A stretch of 64,000 nt of DNA from Candidatus Spongiisociaceae bacterium. Lineage in GTDB: Bacteria > Actinomycetota > Acidimicrobiia > Spongiisociales > Spongiisociaceae. Where the stretch lies: the NCBI GenBank assembly GCA_965202665.1, contig OZ241841.1, positions 608,001 through 672,000 on the forward strand. Reading direction: 5' to 3'. The notes beneath the pieces are model-generated. The model did no database searches and was not told the origin of the DNA. It was given only the letters and a program-made list of their open reading frames with translations. Position numbers and translations under genes: made by a program. Of the stretch, positions 40,765 through 51,133 are shown piece by piece (the first letter of the stretch is position 1; the number at the start of each line of letters is the position of its first letter).

Positions 40765-43029
40765 TTACGCTTTTTGCAACGGGGCCCAGGCCAGGAGCAA
40801 AGTCTTGCGTCCCGCCTCGTCGAATTCGATCACCACCTCCGCCTGATTGCCGGAACCGTTCAGGCCGCGCACCCACCCGCCCCCGAACTTGTCGTGGCGC
40901 ACCCTATCCCCCACCTGCAACTCATCCCCCAGCAGGCTGCGGCGGGGGTCGCCCGCTCCCGGCGACGGACCCGCCCGTTCCCGACGGGCGTCCCGCGGGC
41001 GGGGGGCGGCCCGGGAAACCAAATTAACGGGAATCTCCTTCAGGAACCGGGACTCCGCGTTGTAATCAAAAGAACCGAACAGGGAGCGGGTGGAAGCCGA
41101 GGTCAGAAACAGGCAGCGGCGGGCGCGGGTCAAACCCACGTAGCACAGGCGGCGCTCCTCCTCCATCTCGTCGTAATCGGTCAGAGAGCGGTAGTGGGGG
41201 AACAGCCCCTCCTCCATGCCCACCATGAACACCACCGGAAACTCCAACCCTTTGGCGTTGTGCATGGTCATCAAAGTGATTTTGTCATCGGAGTCCAAAG
41301 AGTCGGTGTCGGCCGCCAGGCTGACCGACTCCAAATAGGCCCGCAGAAGCCCCCGCCCGTCCGCCTCCTCCGACTCCCCGCCCGGCGCCTCCCAGCCTTC
41401 CACCGCCTGCTCCCGTTGCTTGATGAAATCCCCCGCCCCGGCCGCCAGTTCCTCCAGGTTCTCAATCCGGCCCAAAGCCTCTTCGGTGCCCTGCTCGCGC
41501 AACATGGCCAGGTAGCCCCCTTCGTCCAGCACGGTTCGCACCAAGACGTCCGGGCCGCCGTCGATCCTTTCCTCCAGCAACCTCATCACCGCCAGGAAAT
41601 CGCGGATTCCGTTCGCCCCCCGGCCGTCCAGCCCCGGGATGTCGTCAACTTGGCGCAGGGCTTCCAACAGGGCCAGGCCGCGCCGGTCGGCGAACCGCTC
41701 CGCATGCCCCAGCGTTACCTCCCCTATCCCCCGGCGGGGGGTGTTCACCACCCGGCGCAACGACGGCGAATCCTCCGGGTTGACCAGCAGGCGCAGATAG
41801 GCCAAAACGTCTTTCACCTCGGCCCGCTCGTAGAAACGGACGGAGCCGATCACCCGGTAGGGCAGGCCGTAGCGGTTTATCACCTCCTCCAGCACCCGGG
41901 ACTGGGCGTTCATCCGGTAGAAAACGGCGATGTCCCCCAAGGCGGCCCCCCCGCTCCGCTCCAAATCGACGGCTTGGTCGGCCACGAACGCCGCCTCGTC
42001 GTGCTCGTCCTGGGCTTGGAAGCGGACAATCGGCGGGCCCTCCCCCAGGTCGCTCCACAGGCGCTTGGGTTGGCGGCGTTCGTTGTGGGCGATGACCGAA
42101 TTGGCGGCGGCGAGGATGGTCTGCGTGGAACGGTAATTCTGGTCCAGCACCACCACTTTGGCCTGCGGGAAGTCCCGCTGGAAAGAGTCTATGTTGCGGA
42201 TGTCGGCCCCCCGGAAGCGGTAGATGGACTGGTCGGCGTCCCCCACCGCGCACAGGTTGCCGTGCCGGGCGGCCAACAGCTTCACCAGCTGGTATTGGGC
42301 GTGATTGGTGTCTTGGAATTCGTCCACATGCAGGAAGCGGAACCGTTCCCGGTAGCGGTCCAGCACTTCGGGGATGGCTTCGAACAGGTTGACGGTGACC
42401 ATCAGCAGGTCGTCGAAATCCATGGCCGACGCCTCCGTCAGCCGTTGCTGGTAGAGGCGGTAGATTTCTGCGATTCCCTTGCGGTACAAGTCCCCGGCGT
42501 CCTCCGCTTGGACGGCGAACGACTCGAAGTCGACCAGTTCGTTTTTGGCGTTGGAGATGACCGCCCTGATGCGGCGGGGCGGGTAGCGCTTCTCTTCCAA
42601 GTTCAGTTCGCGGACGGCCCGTTGAATGGCCCGGCGGGAATCCAGTTCGTCGTAGATGGTGAAGGAAGGGTTGTATCCGAGGTGGCCGGCCTCCCGGCGC
42701 AGGATGCGCGTGCAAGCGGAATGGAAGGTGGACACCCACATATCCCGGGCCGCGCCGCCCACCAGCCGGGCAACCCGCTCCGCCATCTCGGCGGCCGCCT
42801 TGTTGGTGAAAGTGATGGCCAGTATCTCCCACGGTTCCGCCCCCAGGTCGCGGAGCAGGTGGGCCACCCGGTAGGTGAGCACCCGCGTCTTGCCCGACCC
42901 CGCCCCGGCCACCACCAGCAACGGCCCCTCCACGGCCGCCACCGCCTCCCGCTGGGCCGGGTTCAAATCGTCGAACAGCGGCGAAAGAGCCGGATCGGAA
43001 ACTTCAGGGGGCGCGGCCAATGTCGTCAT
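40765..43029 (-). CDS. pcrA: ATP-dependent DNA helicase PcrA/UvrD
   Basis: AGAGSGKT, TFTNKAA, VDEFQD, QNYRS, HNAKGLEF, EERRLCYVGLTRA and a C-terminal Tudor domain; leaderless ATG 43029. Confidence 0.95.
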   Translation of the reverse strand: MTTLAAPPEVSDPALSPLFDDLNPAQREAVAAVEGPLLVVAGAGSGKTRVLTYRVAHLLRDLGAEPWEILAITFTNKAAAEMAERVARLVGGAARDMWVSTFHSACTRILRREAGHLGYNPSFTIYDELDSRRAIQRAVRELNLEEKRYPPRRIRAVISNAKNELVDFESFAVQAEDAGDLYRKGIAEIYRLYQQRLTEASAMDFDDLLMVTVNLFEAIPEVLDRYRERFRFLHVDEFQDTNHAQYQLVKLLAARHGNLCAVGDADQSIYRFRGADIRNIDSFQRDFPQAKVVVLDQNYRSTQTILAAANSVIAHNERRQPKRLWSDLGEGPPIVRFQAQDEHDEAAFVADQAVDLERSGGAALGDIAVFYRMNAQSRVLEEVINRYGLPYRVIGSVRFYERAEVKDVLAYLRLLVNPEDSPSLRRVVNTPRRGIGEVTLGHAERFADRRGLALLEALRQVDDIPGLDGRGANGIRDFLAVMRLLEERIDGGPDVLVRTVLDEGGYLAMLREQGTEEALGRIENLEELAAGAGDFIKQREQAVEGWEAPGGESEEADGRGLLRAYLESVSLAADTDSLDSDDKITLMTMHNAKGLEFPVVFMVGMEEGLFPHYRSLTDYDEMEEERRLCYVGLTRARRCLFLTSASTRSLFGSFDYNAESRFLKEIPVNLVSRAAPRPRDARRERAGPSPGAGDPRRSLLGDELQVGDRVRHDKFGGGWVRGLNGSGNQAEVVIEFDEAGRKTLLLAWAPLQKA

Positions 43030-43101
43030 ACGCCCTACCCTACCACATCCCCCGGACGCAAAAATTACGCCGGTGTAATTCACCCCAAAAGACGACCTGG
43101 T

Positions 43102-43131
43102 TTGACATTTGGTTGCAGATTTGGTTATAGT
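43102..43131 (+). promoter_or_regulatory. sigma70/SigA-type promoter with ATTTGGTT direct repeats, leaderless
   Basis: TTGACA (43102-43107), 18-bp spacer, TATAGT (43126-43131), ATG 7 nt later. ATTTGGTT at 43107 and 43119. Confidence 0.75.
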
Positions 43132-43138
43132 AGCCGAT

Positions 43139-43642
43139 ATGGCGGATCACGAGGTCTACCCCAACGCCCCGCTCCGGCTGGTTGAAATGAGAACGAAGGA
43201 GCTTGCCAAAAACCCGCCTAAAGTACTTCTGAACCGGCTTGCTATGGAATATGGGATGTCTTGGTCTGGGATTGCCCAAGCTATTGGAGTTAGAGTACAA
43301 GCCATTCGTAAATGGCGACTTGGCGGCTCTGTTAACACGGAAAGTAGAGTCGCACTATCTAAGGTGGTATCTACATTGGATATTCTGCAAGAACTAATAG
43401 ATGACCCAGCAGGCTGGTTGGAGATGCCGGTATTGGAAGGATACAGCCTCCGTCATTTGGATTTGTTAGCACACAAAAATCACCAACTTCTCTTAGATTT
43501 AGCCTTTAAACTTATTACCCCAGAGGATGTATTACAAAGCACAAATCCTAACTGGAAGACCGAAATGTACCTTAAGCATGAGGTATTCACAGCAGAGGAT
43601 GGACTACCCGCTATCCGACGTGCGACGCAGAGTGTACGGTGA
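43139..43642 (+). CDS. Xre-type HTH / antitoxin-like protein with a TIGR04255-like N-terminal peptide
   Basis: HTH GMSWSGIAQAIGVRVQAIRKWRLG, DDPAGWLEMP and EVFTAEDG; starts MADHEVYPNAPL; AT-rich. Confidence 0.65.
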   Translation: MADHEVYPNAPLRLVEMRTKELAKNPPKVLLNRLAMEYGMSWSGIAQAIGVRVQAIRKWRLGGSVNTESRVALSKVVSTLDILQELIDDPAGWLEMPVLEGYSLRHLDLLAHKNHQLLLDLAFKLITPEDVLQSTNPNWKTEMYLKHEVFTAEDGLPAIRRATQSVR

Positions 43643-43683
43643 AATAAATAGGCGCGTGAAAGAGTTATCTTAAGTCAGGTAAT

Positions 43684-45243
43684 TTATTCCCATTCTATGG
43701 TGGCGGGGGGTTTGGAGGAGATGTCGTAGGCTACTCGGTTTATTTGGGGGACTTCGTTCATTACCCGGCGGGAAATGCGCTCTAAAACTTGGTAGGGAAT
43801 GCGGGCGAAGTCGGCGGTCATGGCGTCGTCGGAGGTCACCGCCCGCACCACCAGCGGATAGGCGTAGGTGCGCCCGTCCCCCTGCACTCCCACCGTTTTC
43901 ACCACCGGCAGCACCGCAAACGACTGCCATATCTCACGGCTCAGCCCGGCGGCGTCAAGTTCCTCCCGGACAACCGCGTCCGCCTCCCGCAGGATCTCCA
44001 CCCGCTCGGCGGTCACCTCGCCGATGATGCGCACCGCCAAACCGGGGCCGGGGAACGGCTGGCGCCAGACGATCTCCTCCGGCAAACCCAGTTCCTCCCC
44101 CACCGCCCGCACCTCGTCTTTGAACAGGTCCCGCAACGGCTCCACCAACTCGAACTGCAAATCGTCGGGCAACCCTCCTACGTTGTGGTGGGTTTTGATA
44201 GTGGCCGACGCCCCCGCCCCCGACTCGATCACGTCCGGATACAGCGTCCCCTGCGCCAGAAAACGGGGGCGGGGTTTCATGTCGACCACCGCCTCCTCAA
44301 AAGTCCGCACGAACAACTCTCCGATAATTTTCCGTTTGCGCTCCGGGTCGGCGACCCCGGCCAGGGCCTCCAGAAACCGCCGCCCGGCGTCCGCCCGCAC
44401 CAGTTTCACATCGAAATGCCCGGCGAAAACCCGTTCCACCCCTTCGGCTTCCCCTTTGCGCAACAGGCCGTGATCCACGAACACGCAGGTGAGGTTCCCC
44501 CCCACCGCCCGATGGACCAAAGCGGCCGCCACCGCCGAATCGACCCCGCCCGACAGCCCGCAGATCACCCGTTCCCCCCCCACCCGGCGGCGGATGGCCC
44601 GCACCTCGGAGGCGATGATGGACTCGCTGCTCCAAGAGGCCTCCGCCCGGCAGGCCCGGCGCAGGAAATTCTCGAACATCGCCATGCCGTGTTCGGTGTG
44701 GGCCACCTCCGGATGGAACTGCACCCCGAACAGCCCCCGTTCCGCGTTTTCCATAACCGCCGCAGGCGAACCGTCGGTGACGGCCGGGCAAACGAAACCG
44801 TCGGGAACGGCGGTGACCGCATCGGCGTGGCTCATCCACACCGTCTGCCGCTCCGGCAACCCCTCCAGCAACAGCGAGCAGCCGGTCACCCGCAACTCGG
44901 CGCCCCCGTACTCGGCTTCCCCGGTGCGCCCCACCTCCCCGCCCAGCATCTGCGCCAGCAGCTGATGCCCGTAGCAAACGCCCAGCACCGGAACCCCCGA
45001 CTCCAGCAACCCCGGATCGATGCGATAGGCGTCCGGGGAGTACACCGACTGCGGGCCGCCGGAGAGGATGATTCCCAACGGACGGCGCTCCCGCACCCGG
45101 GCGGCGGTCTCCGTGTGGGGGACGATCTCCGAATACACCCCCGCCTGCCGCACCCGCCGGGCGATCAACCGGGAATACTGGGCGCCCAGATCCACCACCA
45201 GCACCGGCCGGCGGCCGCCGGGGCCGGGCGGGGGTGCGCTCAA
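43684..45243 (-). CDS. guaA: GMP synthase (glutamine-hydrolysing)
   Basis: GVCYG, QFHPE, SGGVDS, IKTHHN and KPPATIEWE; TTG start overlaps the guaB3 stop. Confidence 0.95.
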   Translation of the reverse strand: MSAPPPGPGGRRPVLVVDLGAQYSRLIARRVRQAGVYSEIVPHTETAARVRERRPLGIILSGGPQSVYSPDAYRIDPGLLESGVPVLGVCYGHQLLAQMLGGEVGRTGEAEYGGAELRVTGCSLLLEGLPERQTVWMSHADAVTAVPDGFVCPAVTDGSPAAVMENAERGLFGVQFHPEVAHTEHGMAMFENFLRRACRAEASWSSESIIASEVRAIRRRVGGERVICGLSGGVDSAVAAALVHRAVGGNLTCVFVDHGLLRKGEAEGVERVFAGHFDVKLVRADAGRRFLEALAGVADPERKRKIIGELFVRTFEEAVVDMKPRPRFLAQGTLYPDVIESGAGASATIKTHHNVGGLPDDLQFELVEPLRDLFKDEVRAVGEELGLPEEIVWRQPFPGPGLAVRIIGEVTAERVEILREADAVVREELDAAGLSREIWQSFAVLPVVKTVGVQGDGRTYAYPLVVRAVTSDDAMTADFARIPYQVLERISRRVMNEVPQINRVAYDISSKPPATIEWE

Positions 45244-46397
45244 CCCATCCCCACTTGCTGCGCCCGCTGCAGCCCTTTGCCTTCGGTGGCGGCGGCGGGG
45301 GCCACCATCACCTCCGCTTTCTGGAAATCCTTCAGATTGGCGTAGCCGGTGGTGGCCATCGAAGCCCGCAACCCCCCGAACAGGTTGCGGCGCCCGTCGT
45401 TTTCCTGCGCCGGCCCCAGCAGAATCTCCTCCAACGTCCCCAGGGCGCCGACCATCACCCGCGCCCCCCGGGGCAGGGTGGGATGGAAGGTGGCCATCCC
45501 CCAGTGGGCCCCCCGGCCGGGGGCTTCGGCGGCGGCGGCCAAAGGGGAGCCGAGCATCACCGCATCCGCCCCGCAGGCGACCGCCTTGGCGATGTCCCCC
45601 CCGGTGCGCATCCCCCCGTCGGCGATCACATGCACGTAGCGTCCGGTTTCGTCCAAATAGCGGATGCGGGCCCCGGCCGCGTCGGCGATGGCGGTGGCCT
45701 GCGGAACCCCCACCCCGATAACCCCGCGGGTGGTGCAGGCCGCCCCCGGCCCCACCCCCACCAGAATCCCGGCCGCTCCGGTGCGCATCAGATGGATGGC
45801 CCCCGCGTAGGAGGCGCATCCGCCTACGATTACGGGAACTTCCATGTTGGCGATGAACTCGTTCAGATCCAGGGGGCGTTCGCGGGAGGAAACGTGTTCG
45901 GCGGAAACCACCGTGCCCTGGATGATGAGAATGTCCAGTCCGGCCCGCAGGGCGGACGGGGCGTAACGTTCCACGTTCTGGGGGGTGAGCGACCCGGCGG
46001 CGGTAGCGCCCGCCTGTTTAATCTCTTCGATGCGACGGCCGATCAGGTCGGGGGAGACGGGGGCCTGATAGACCTGTTGCAACACGCGGGTGGCCTCCTC
46101 GGCCGGGGCGGCGGCGATCCGTTCATAGGCCGGAACGGGATCATCGTAGCGGGACCACAGCCCCTCCAGATTGAGCGCCCCCAGGCCGCCCAGCCGGGCG
46201 ATGGCCGCCGCCGAAGCGGGGCTGAGGGCCGAATCCATGGCCGAACCGAGCATGGGCAGGGCGAACCGGAAGCCGTCGAACTCCCAGGAAACGTCCACAT
46301 CGTCCGGATCGCGGGTGCGGCGGGACGGGACGATGGAAATATCGTCGAACCCGTAGGCCCTCCGCCCTGATTTGGCCATTCCTATGTCAATGTCCAC
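45240..46397 (-). CDS. guaB3: GuaB3-family IMP dehydrogenase-related protein
   Basis: [41 protein letters not shown] and IADGG. Confidence 0.88.
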   Translation of the reverse strand: MDIDIGMAKSGRRAYGFDDISIVPSRRTRDPDDVDVSWEFDGFRFALPMLGSAMDSALSPASAAAIARLGGLGALNLEGLWSRYDDPVPAYERIAAAPAEEATRVLQQVYQAPVSPDLIGRRIEEIKQAGATAAGSLTPQNVERYAPSALRAGLDILIIQGTVVSAEHVSSRERPLDLNEFIANMEVPVIVGGCASYAGAIHLMRTGAAGILVGVGPGAACTTRGVIGVGVPQATAIADAAGARIRYLDETGRYVHVIADGGMRTGGDIAKAVACGADAVMLGSPLAAAAEAPGRGAHWGMATFHPTLPRGARVMVGALGTLEEILLGPAQENDGRRNLFGGLRASMATTGYANLKDFQKAEVMVAPAAATEGKGLQRAQQVGMG

Positions 46398-46528
46398 CCT
46401 CGCCCTTCCCTTGTTTCGAGTGCGCGCTTTCGGAACTATAAACATTAACAGAACCGGACGGCGCCGGAGACCGCCGTCCCTCCTCCCTCCGGTCGCGCTA
46501 ACCGGCGGAGGAGGGTACCCTTGGTTTT

Positions 46529-47320
46529 GTGAACCACCCGCCCGACCCGCCGCAAAAACCCGAACCGGCCGCCCTTCCCCCCTTCAACGGAACCCCCCGC
46601 TCCGGCCCCGAACCGGAATTGGAGGAACCGGGCTGGCCGTGGCTCTACATTCCGATCGTGATGGCCGGGGGGCTGCTCGGGTCTTTGGTGGGGATGCTGA
46701 TAGTTTGGATCTTGGGGATCGACCAAACCGCCGGGCTGTTCTGGGTGGCGCTGCCCATGCAGAACCTGTTCCAGTTCGGCCTGCTGTGGGTGATCAGCCT
46801 CCGGCGGGGCGGCATGACCGGGGCTTTCGGATTCGCGATGGAACCCCGTCATATGATCTGGTTTCCCGCCGGGCTGGTCAGCCTCATTTCCCTGGGGGCG
46901 CTGGCCGCGCTCCTGCAGAGGTTGCTGAACGTGGACGAGGCCAACCCGCAGGCCGTCCTGCAACTGGCCGACGACCTGCGGGGAACCCCGTCCGCGGTAG
47001 CCGTTTTCATCACCCTGGGGGTGATGGGGCCGATCGTGGAGGAAATAACCTTCCGGGGCCTGGCTTTGCAAACCGGCCTGCGCAAAGGGTTTTCCCCCGC
47101 CAAATCGATTGTCGTGTCTTCGGCTATCTTCTCGGCCGCCCATCTGGTGGACCCTTCCCTGCTGGGGCGGCGGGGGCTGGTGGTGCTGACCATGTTTTTC
47201 CTGCTGGGCCTGTTGCTGGGTTTCCTCACCTATCGTTTCCGGTCGCTGGGGCCGGCCATATTCGTGCACAGCGGATTCAACCTGACTTCCTTGGCGGTGC
47301 TGTTTTGGACGCCGGCCTGA
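46529..47320 (+). CDS. CPBP/Abi-family intramembrane glutamic endopeptidase
   Basis: PIVEEITFRG, FSAAH and HSGFN. Confidence 0.88.
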   Translation: MNHPPDPPQKPEPAALPPFNGTPRSGPEPELEEPGWPWLYIPIVMAGGLLGSLVGMLIVWILGIDQTAGLFWVALPMQNLFQFGLLWVISLRRGGMTGAFGFAMEPRHMIWFPAGLVSLISLGALAALLQRLLNVDEANPQAVLQLADDLRGTPSAVAVFITLGVMGPIVEEITFRGLALQTGLRKGFSPAKSIVVSSAIFSAAHLVDPSLLGRRGLVVLTMFFLLGLLLGFLTYRFRSLGPAIFVHSGFNLTSLAVLFWTPA

Positions 47321-47405
47321 TTATTTCCCGCCGCCGCCCTACTATGGTCCCTATGAGTTTTCCGAATCCGGCGCCCGTCCGGGCGGAGGGAGGTAAAAGC
47401 GGCAG

Positions 47406-48755
47406 ATGACCACCCCCGCCGACTTGGCCAAAAACGACTCCAAGTCCATTTTCGGATGGGCGATGTACGACTGGGCCAACTCGGCTTACATCACCATCAT
47501 GGGGGCCGTCATCGCCCCCCTGTTCACCGGCACCATCGTGCCCGAAGAAGGGTGGAACGGCTGGTCGGGGGAAACCATCTGGGCCTGGGTGATTTCGGGG
47601 GCCGCCACCCTGCTGTTCCTGATGATGCCCGTGTTGGGGGCGGCCGCCGACTACGGCTCCGCCCGGCGCGTCTTCCTGCTCCGATTCGCCGTCCTGGGCG
47701 GGGCGTTCGTGCTTGTCCTGCCTTTCGTCCCCGACGGGGCGGTGCCCTGGTTCGTGTTCGTCGCCCTGCTCGCCAACATCGGATTCGTGGGGGCCAACGT
47801 TTTCTACGACGCCCTGCTGCCCGGCCTGGTCACCAAAGACCAGATGGACCGGGTTTCCTCCAAAGGATACGCTTTCGGATACGCGGGCGGGGGGTTGTAC
47901 CTGGCGTTGGCCATGGTTTTGATTTTTCTGAGCGGGGACGGGGGGGTCTCCGGGTTGTCCACTTCCGCCGCCGCCCGCGTCGCCATTTTCGGCTCCGGGA
48001 TATGGTGGATGGGGTTCACCGCCTACGCCCTGCGCCATATGCCCGAAACCGGCTCCCCCCTGCAACTGCCCGGGCGGTATGCGGGAATTCCCGCATGGCG
48101 GGCCTACGCCTCGGTCGGATTCCGCAAAACCTTCGCCACCGTGCGCAACCTGGTCAAATTTCCGCAGTTGTTGCTGTTCGTGGTGGCCTACATTTTCTAC
48201 AACGACGGCATCCAAACCGTGATCGCCATCTCCGGGGCCTACGCCGAGGACACTTTGCAACTGAGCCTGGCCGTCATCGGCCTGGGATTTCTGGTGGTGC
48301 AGTTCGTGGCATTCGGGGGGGCGTTGCTGTTCGGGGCGATGGCCGACCGGATGGGTTCCAAGCGGGCCATCCTCTGGTCGCTGGGGGCGTGGACGCTGAT
48401 CACCGTCTCCGCCTATTTTCTGCCCGAGGGCGGGGTCGCCCCTTTCTTGGCGGTGGCGGCGGTGATCGGGGTGGTGCTGGGCGGGGTGCAGGCCCTCAGC
48501 CGCAGCCTGTACGCCTCCATGATCCCCGAAGAGTCGGCGGCGGAATTCTTCGGGTTCTACACCGTGTTCTCCAAGTTTTCCGCCATTTGGGGGCCGTTGG
48601 TTTTCGCCCTGGTAAGCGGGTCCACCGGCTCGGGGCGCCCGGCGATCCTGGCCATCGCCGCCTTTTTCCTAGTGGGAGGGGGGTTGCTCAGCCTGGTGAA
48701 CACGGAGCGGGCGGCGTCCCACAGCCTGGAATGGCCGCAACCGGACGCCGAATAG
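47406..48755 (+). CDS. MFS transporter (UMF1/ATG22 type)
   Basis: WAMYDWANS, FYDALLP, GYAFGY and EFFGFY. Confidence 0.9.
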   Translation: MTTPADLAKNDSKSIFGWAMYDWANSAYITIMGAVIAPLFTGTIVPEEGWNGWSGETIWAWVISGAATLLFLMMPVLGAAADYGSARRVFLLRFAVLGGAFVLVLPFVPDGAVPWFVFVALLANIGFVGANVFYDALLPGLVTKDQMDRVSSKGYAFGYAGGGLYLALAMVLIFLSGDGGVSGLSTSAAARVAIFGSGIWWMGFTAYALRHMPETGSPLQLPGRYAGIPAWRAYASVGFRKTFATVRNLVKFPQLLLFVVAYIFYNDGIQTVIAISGAYAEDTLQLSLAVIGLGFLVVQFVAFGGALLFGAMADRMGSKRAILWSLGAWTLITVSAYFLPEGGVAPFLAVAAVIGVVLGGVQALSRSLYASMIPEESAAEFFGFYTVFSKFSAIWGPLVFALVSGSTGSGRPAILAIAAFFLVGGGLLSLVNTERAASHSLEWPQPDAE

Positions 48756-48821
48756 CCCCGCCCGGTTACCATATAAGTCTCATATGATAAGCCGACGGGA
48801 CAGAAGGGCGAGGAGGACGCA

Positions 48822-49391
48822 ATGGCGGTGAACATCACTCAAGAATTCGAGGTGGGCCAGAACGCCGGAAAGGTGTTTGAGTTCTTCCAGAACGTGCCGG
48901 AAGTGGCGAAGTGCCTGCCCGGGGCCGAACTGACCGAAGACAAAGGGGACGGGGTTTACGCCGGGAAAGTGTCGGTGCGGTTGGGGCCGATGACCGCCGG
49001 GTTCGAAGGGGAGGCCACGGTGGTCTCCGACCCGGAGCATCACACCGGGCGCATCGAAGGCAAAGGGGCGGACAAGCAGGGCGGCTCCCGCGGGCAGGTA
49101 AAAGTGGACTATGCGATCGCCAGCACCGAAACGGGGTCCAAAGTGACGGTGGAGGCGTCGATAACCATTTCCGGGGCGGCCGCCCAGTTCGGGCGCACCG
49201 GCCTGGTCAATCAGATGTCGCAACGGCTGATAAGCGAATTCGTGGAATGCCTGGAGGCGAAACTGGGGGCGGAAAGCACGGCGGAGGCCGCGCAGGTGGA
49301 GGCGGGGGAGGTAAAAGGAGCCTCCCTGTTTTTCTCCTCGCTGGGTTCAAGCATCGCCGGGGCGGTCAAAAAACTGTTCCGCCGCGGATAA
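48822..49391 (+). CDS. CoxG/SRPBCC family protein
   Basis: VAKCLPGAEL, V.VRLGP and AQFGR. Confidence 0.85.
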   Translation: MAVNITQEFEVGQNAGKVFEFFQNVPEVAKCLPGAELTEDKGDGVYAGKVSVRLGPMTAGFEGEATVVSDPEHHTGRIEGKGADKQGGSRGQVKVDYAIASTETGSKVTVEASITISGAAAQFGRTGLVNQMSQRLISEFVECLEAKLGAESTAEAAQVEAGEVKGASLFFSSLGSSIAGAVKKLFRRG

Positions 49392-50263
49392 AAGCCGGAG
49401 CTCCCCGGGCCGCCAACCCGGCGCTGTGGGCGGCGCTGATCCTCGGTTGCGCGGCCGGCGCCTGCTCCGGTCCGCCAACCGCGACGACCAGCGCCGCAAC
49501 AATCGCGCAACCAGCGAACGACCCGGCTACGGCGGCGCAAGTGGTGCGGGTGACCGACGGCGACACCATCATGGCGTTGCGGGACGGTGAAGAAGTGCGG
49601 GTGCGGCTGATCGGCGTCAACGCCCCGGAAAGCGGCGAGTGCTTGGCGGAAGAGTCGAAGAAACGGCTGGAGGAAATCCTGCGCGGCAAAACGGTGAGGC
49701 TGGAAACCGATGAAGGGAAATCGGACCGGTTCGGACGGACGCCGGCCTATCTGTGGGCGGAGGAAGTTTTGGTAAACGAACAACTGGCGGCTGAAGGCTT
49801 GGCCCTGTCCCGCCCCTACCCGCCCAACACCTTGCGGCAAACGGAGCTGGATGAAGCCGAAGCCGCCGCCCGCCGGGAAGGCCGGGGAATGTGGGCCGCC
49901 GACGCCTGCGGCCCCCCGACCGGGGTGAAAATGGAGATAACCGAAATCCGGTGGAACCCGCCCGGACCGGACGAAGAGAACCTGAACGGGGAATACATCG
50001 TGTTGCGCAACCTCTCCGACCAACCCGCCCGCCTGGACGGTTTCACCCTGCGCGATTCCTCATCCTCCAATCGCTACCGGTTCCCAGACGGCTGGACCCT
50101 GCCCGGCGGAGCCGAAGCAACCGTCCGCACCGGAGACGGCCCCGACGGCCCAAACACCCTCTACTGGGGAAGCGAGCTGCCGGTGTGGAACAACGACGGC
50201 GACGCCGCCTTCCTGCAAGACCCCTCCGGCAACATAATCGCCCACCGCTCCTACGCCAGCTAA
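49388..50263 (+). CDS. lipoprotein thermonuclease (SNase) with a lamin-tail domain; start uncertain
   Basis: Lipobox AGAC-S, DGDT, VRLIGVNAPE, DRFGR, NGEYIVLRN and VWNNDGD. No canonical start near the signal peptide; ATA 49388 is in frame. Confidence 0.8.
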   Translation: MKAGAPRAANPALWAALILGCAAGACSGPPTATTSAATIAQPANDPATAAQVVRVTDGDTIMALRDGEEVRVRLIGVNAPESGECLAEESKKRLEEILRGKTVRLETDEGKSDRFGRTPAYLWAEEVLVNEQLAAEGLALSRPYPPNTLRQTELDEAEAAARREGRGMWAADACGPPTGVKMEITEIRWNPPGPDEENLNGEYIVLRNLSDQPARLDGFTLRDSSSSNRYRFPDGWTLPGGAEATVRTGDGPDGPNTLYWGSELPVWNNDGDAAFLQDPSGNIIAHRSYAS

Positions 50264-50445
50264 CCTCCCTCGGGCAAATCAGACGGTTTGCGATCCTTCT
50301 GCTTTTTAAGAGCCCCTCTGATAATCTCCCGCTCATCCTCAGCCGCCTGATCGAAGAACCCTTTAGGCCACTCCTCAATATCGCCTATATCGCCATACGG
50401 AGTCAAATCAAGAGGGCGACACCGCGTCTCACCGGTTCTCGCACT
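50260..50445 (-). pseudogene. C-terminal remnant of a DUF3696 (AAA ATPase-associated) gene
   Basis: Startless open frame ...LDLTPYGDIGDIEEWPKGFFDQAAEDEREII...; WPxGFFDQ is the DUF3696 signature. Confidence 0.65.
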
Positions 50446-50953
50446 TCATGGTGCAGTCCTGTGATAGTTCGCGTAGAACTTGCGATTCCTTCATCAAATC
50501 TGGCCATCGTAAATCCCAACTCGGATACTGGAGGGGAACGCCGCGTCGAGATTTTTGAAACTTATTTTCCGCACCGGCATATGTCTCTACTATAGCCTCT
50601 AATACCCCCTCGGTGATTGCGCCCAAACGTTTATCAACTTGAGTAAACCACATATATCTCGCCAAACCCGCCAAAATTGCTATTTTATAGGGTAAGTCCG
50701 TTTCCTCCGGTTCCAATATCAAAGAATTCGCTGTTGCCAATGATAACTCGTTGGTCACCAAAGCGCTCAGGAAGCATCTCCGGGCGATATCGGAATCGAG
50801 AACTACAACCATGCGGTTCGGAATCGGCATTTCCAAGTCGCCGACAACCACGATGTCGCCCGGCATCACATCATCAGGATTAGACTCCCGCCACGCATAT
50901 TCAGGCCTAGGCCGTTTGGCTAAGGCACCGCTTAGCCATTCAGGTGTTCCCAT
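50429..50953 (-). CDS. hypothetical protein (AT-rich islet, probably 3'-truncated)
   Basis: 174-aa ORF with an AGGAG SD; no confident family. Confidence 0.6.
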   Translation of the reverse strand: MGTPEWLSGALAKRPRPEYAWRESNPDDVMPGDIVVVGDLEMPIPNRMVVVLDSDIARRCFLSALVTNELSLATANSLILEPEETDLPYKIAILAGLARYMWFTQVDKRLGAITEGVLEAIVETYAGAENKFQKSRRGVPLQYPSWDLRWPDLMKESQVLRELSQDCTMKCENR

Positions 50954-51133
50954 TCTGATATTCTCCTATCCCGTAGTAGCCAAATAATCGATCTGGCATT
51001 CACCTAGCAATGACACTATCATCACCTTGACCATGGGGGAGAAATGATCATCCAAAAGAGATACGGGGGCGGTGGGAGGGTTGGGTCGCCTATAGTTCGG
51101 GGCGCATTGCCGGGCTTTAGAGAGGAGCCGAGA

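Noticed and set aside
43684-45819. Extended ORFs implying fusions (guaA 711 aa, E1-beta 684 aa, sucD 530 aa, 55919-58258, 57826-59631)
   Set aside because: The extensions are off-frame or antisense readings of neighbouring genes; real starts lie at stop-codon overlaps or near the recognisable domains.
46398-46528. Hairpins upstream of guaB3 as a purine riboswitch
   Set aside because: No riboswitch consensus, and the hairpins lie upstream of the likely -10 (TATAGT on the minus strand).
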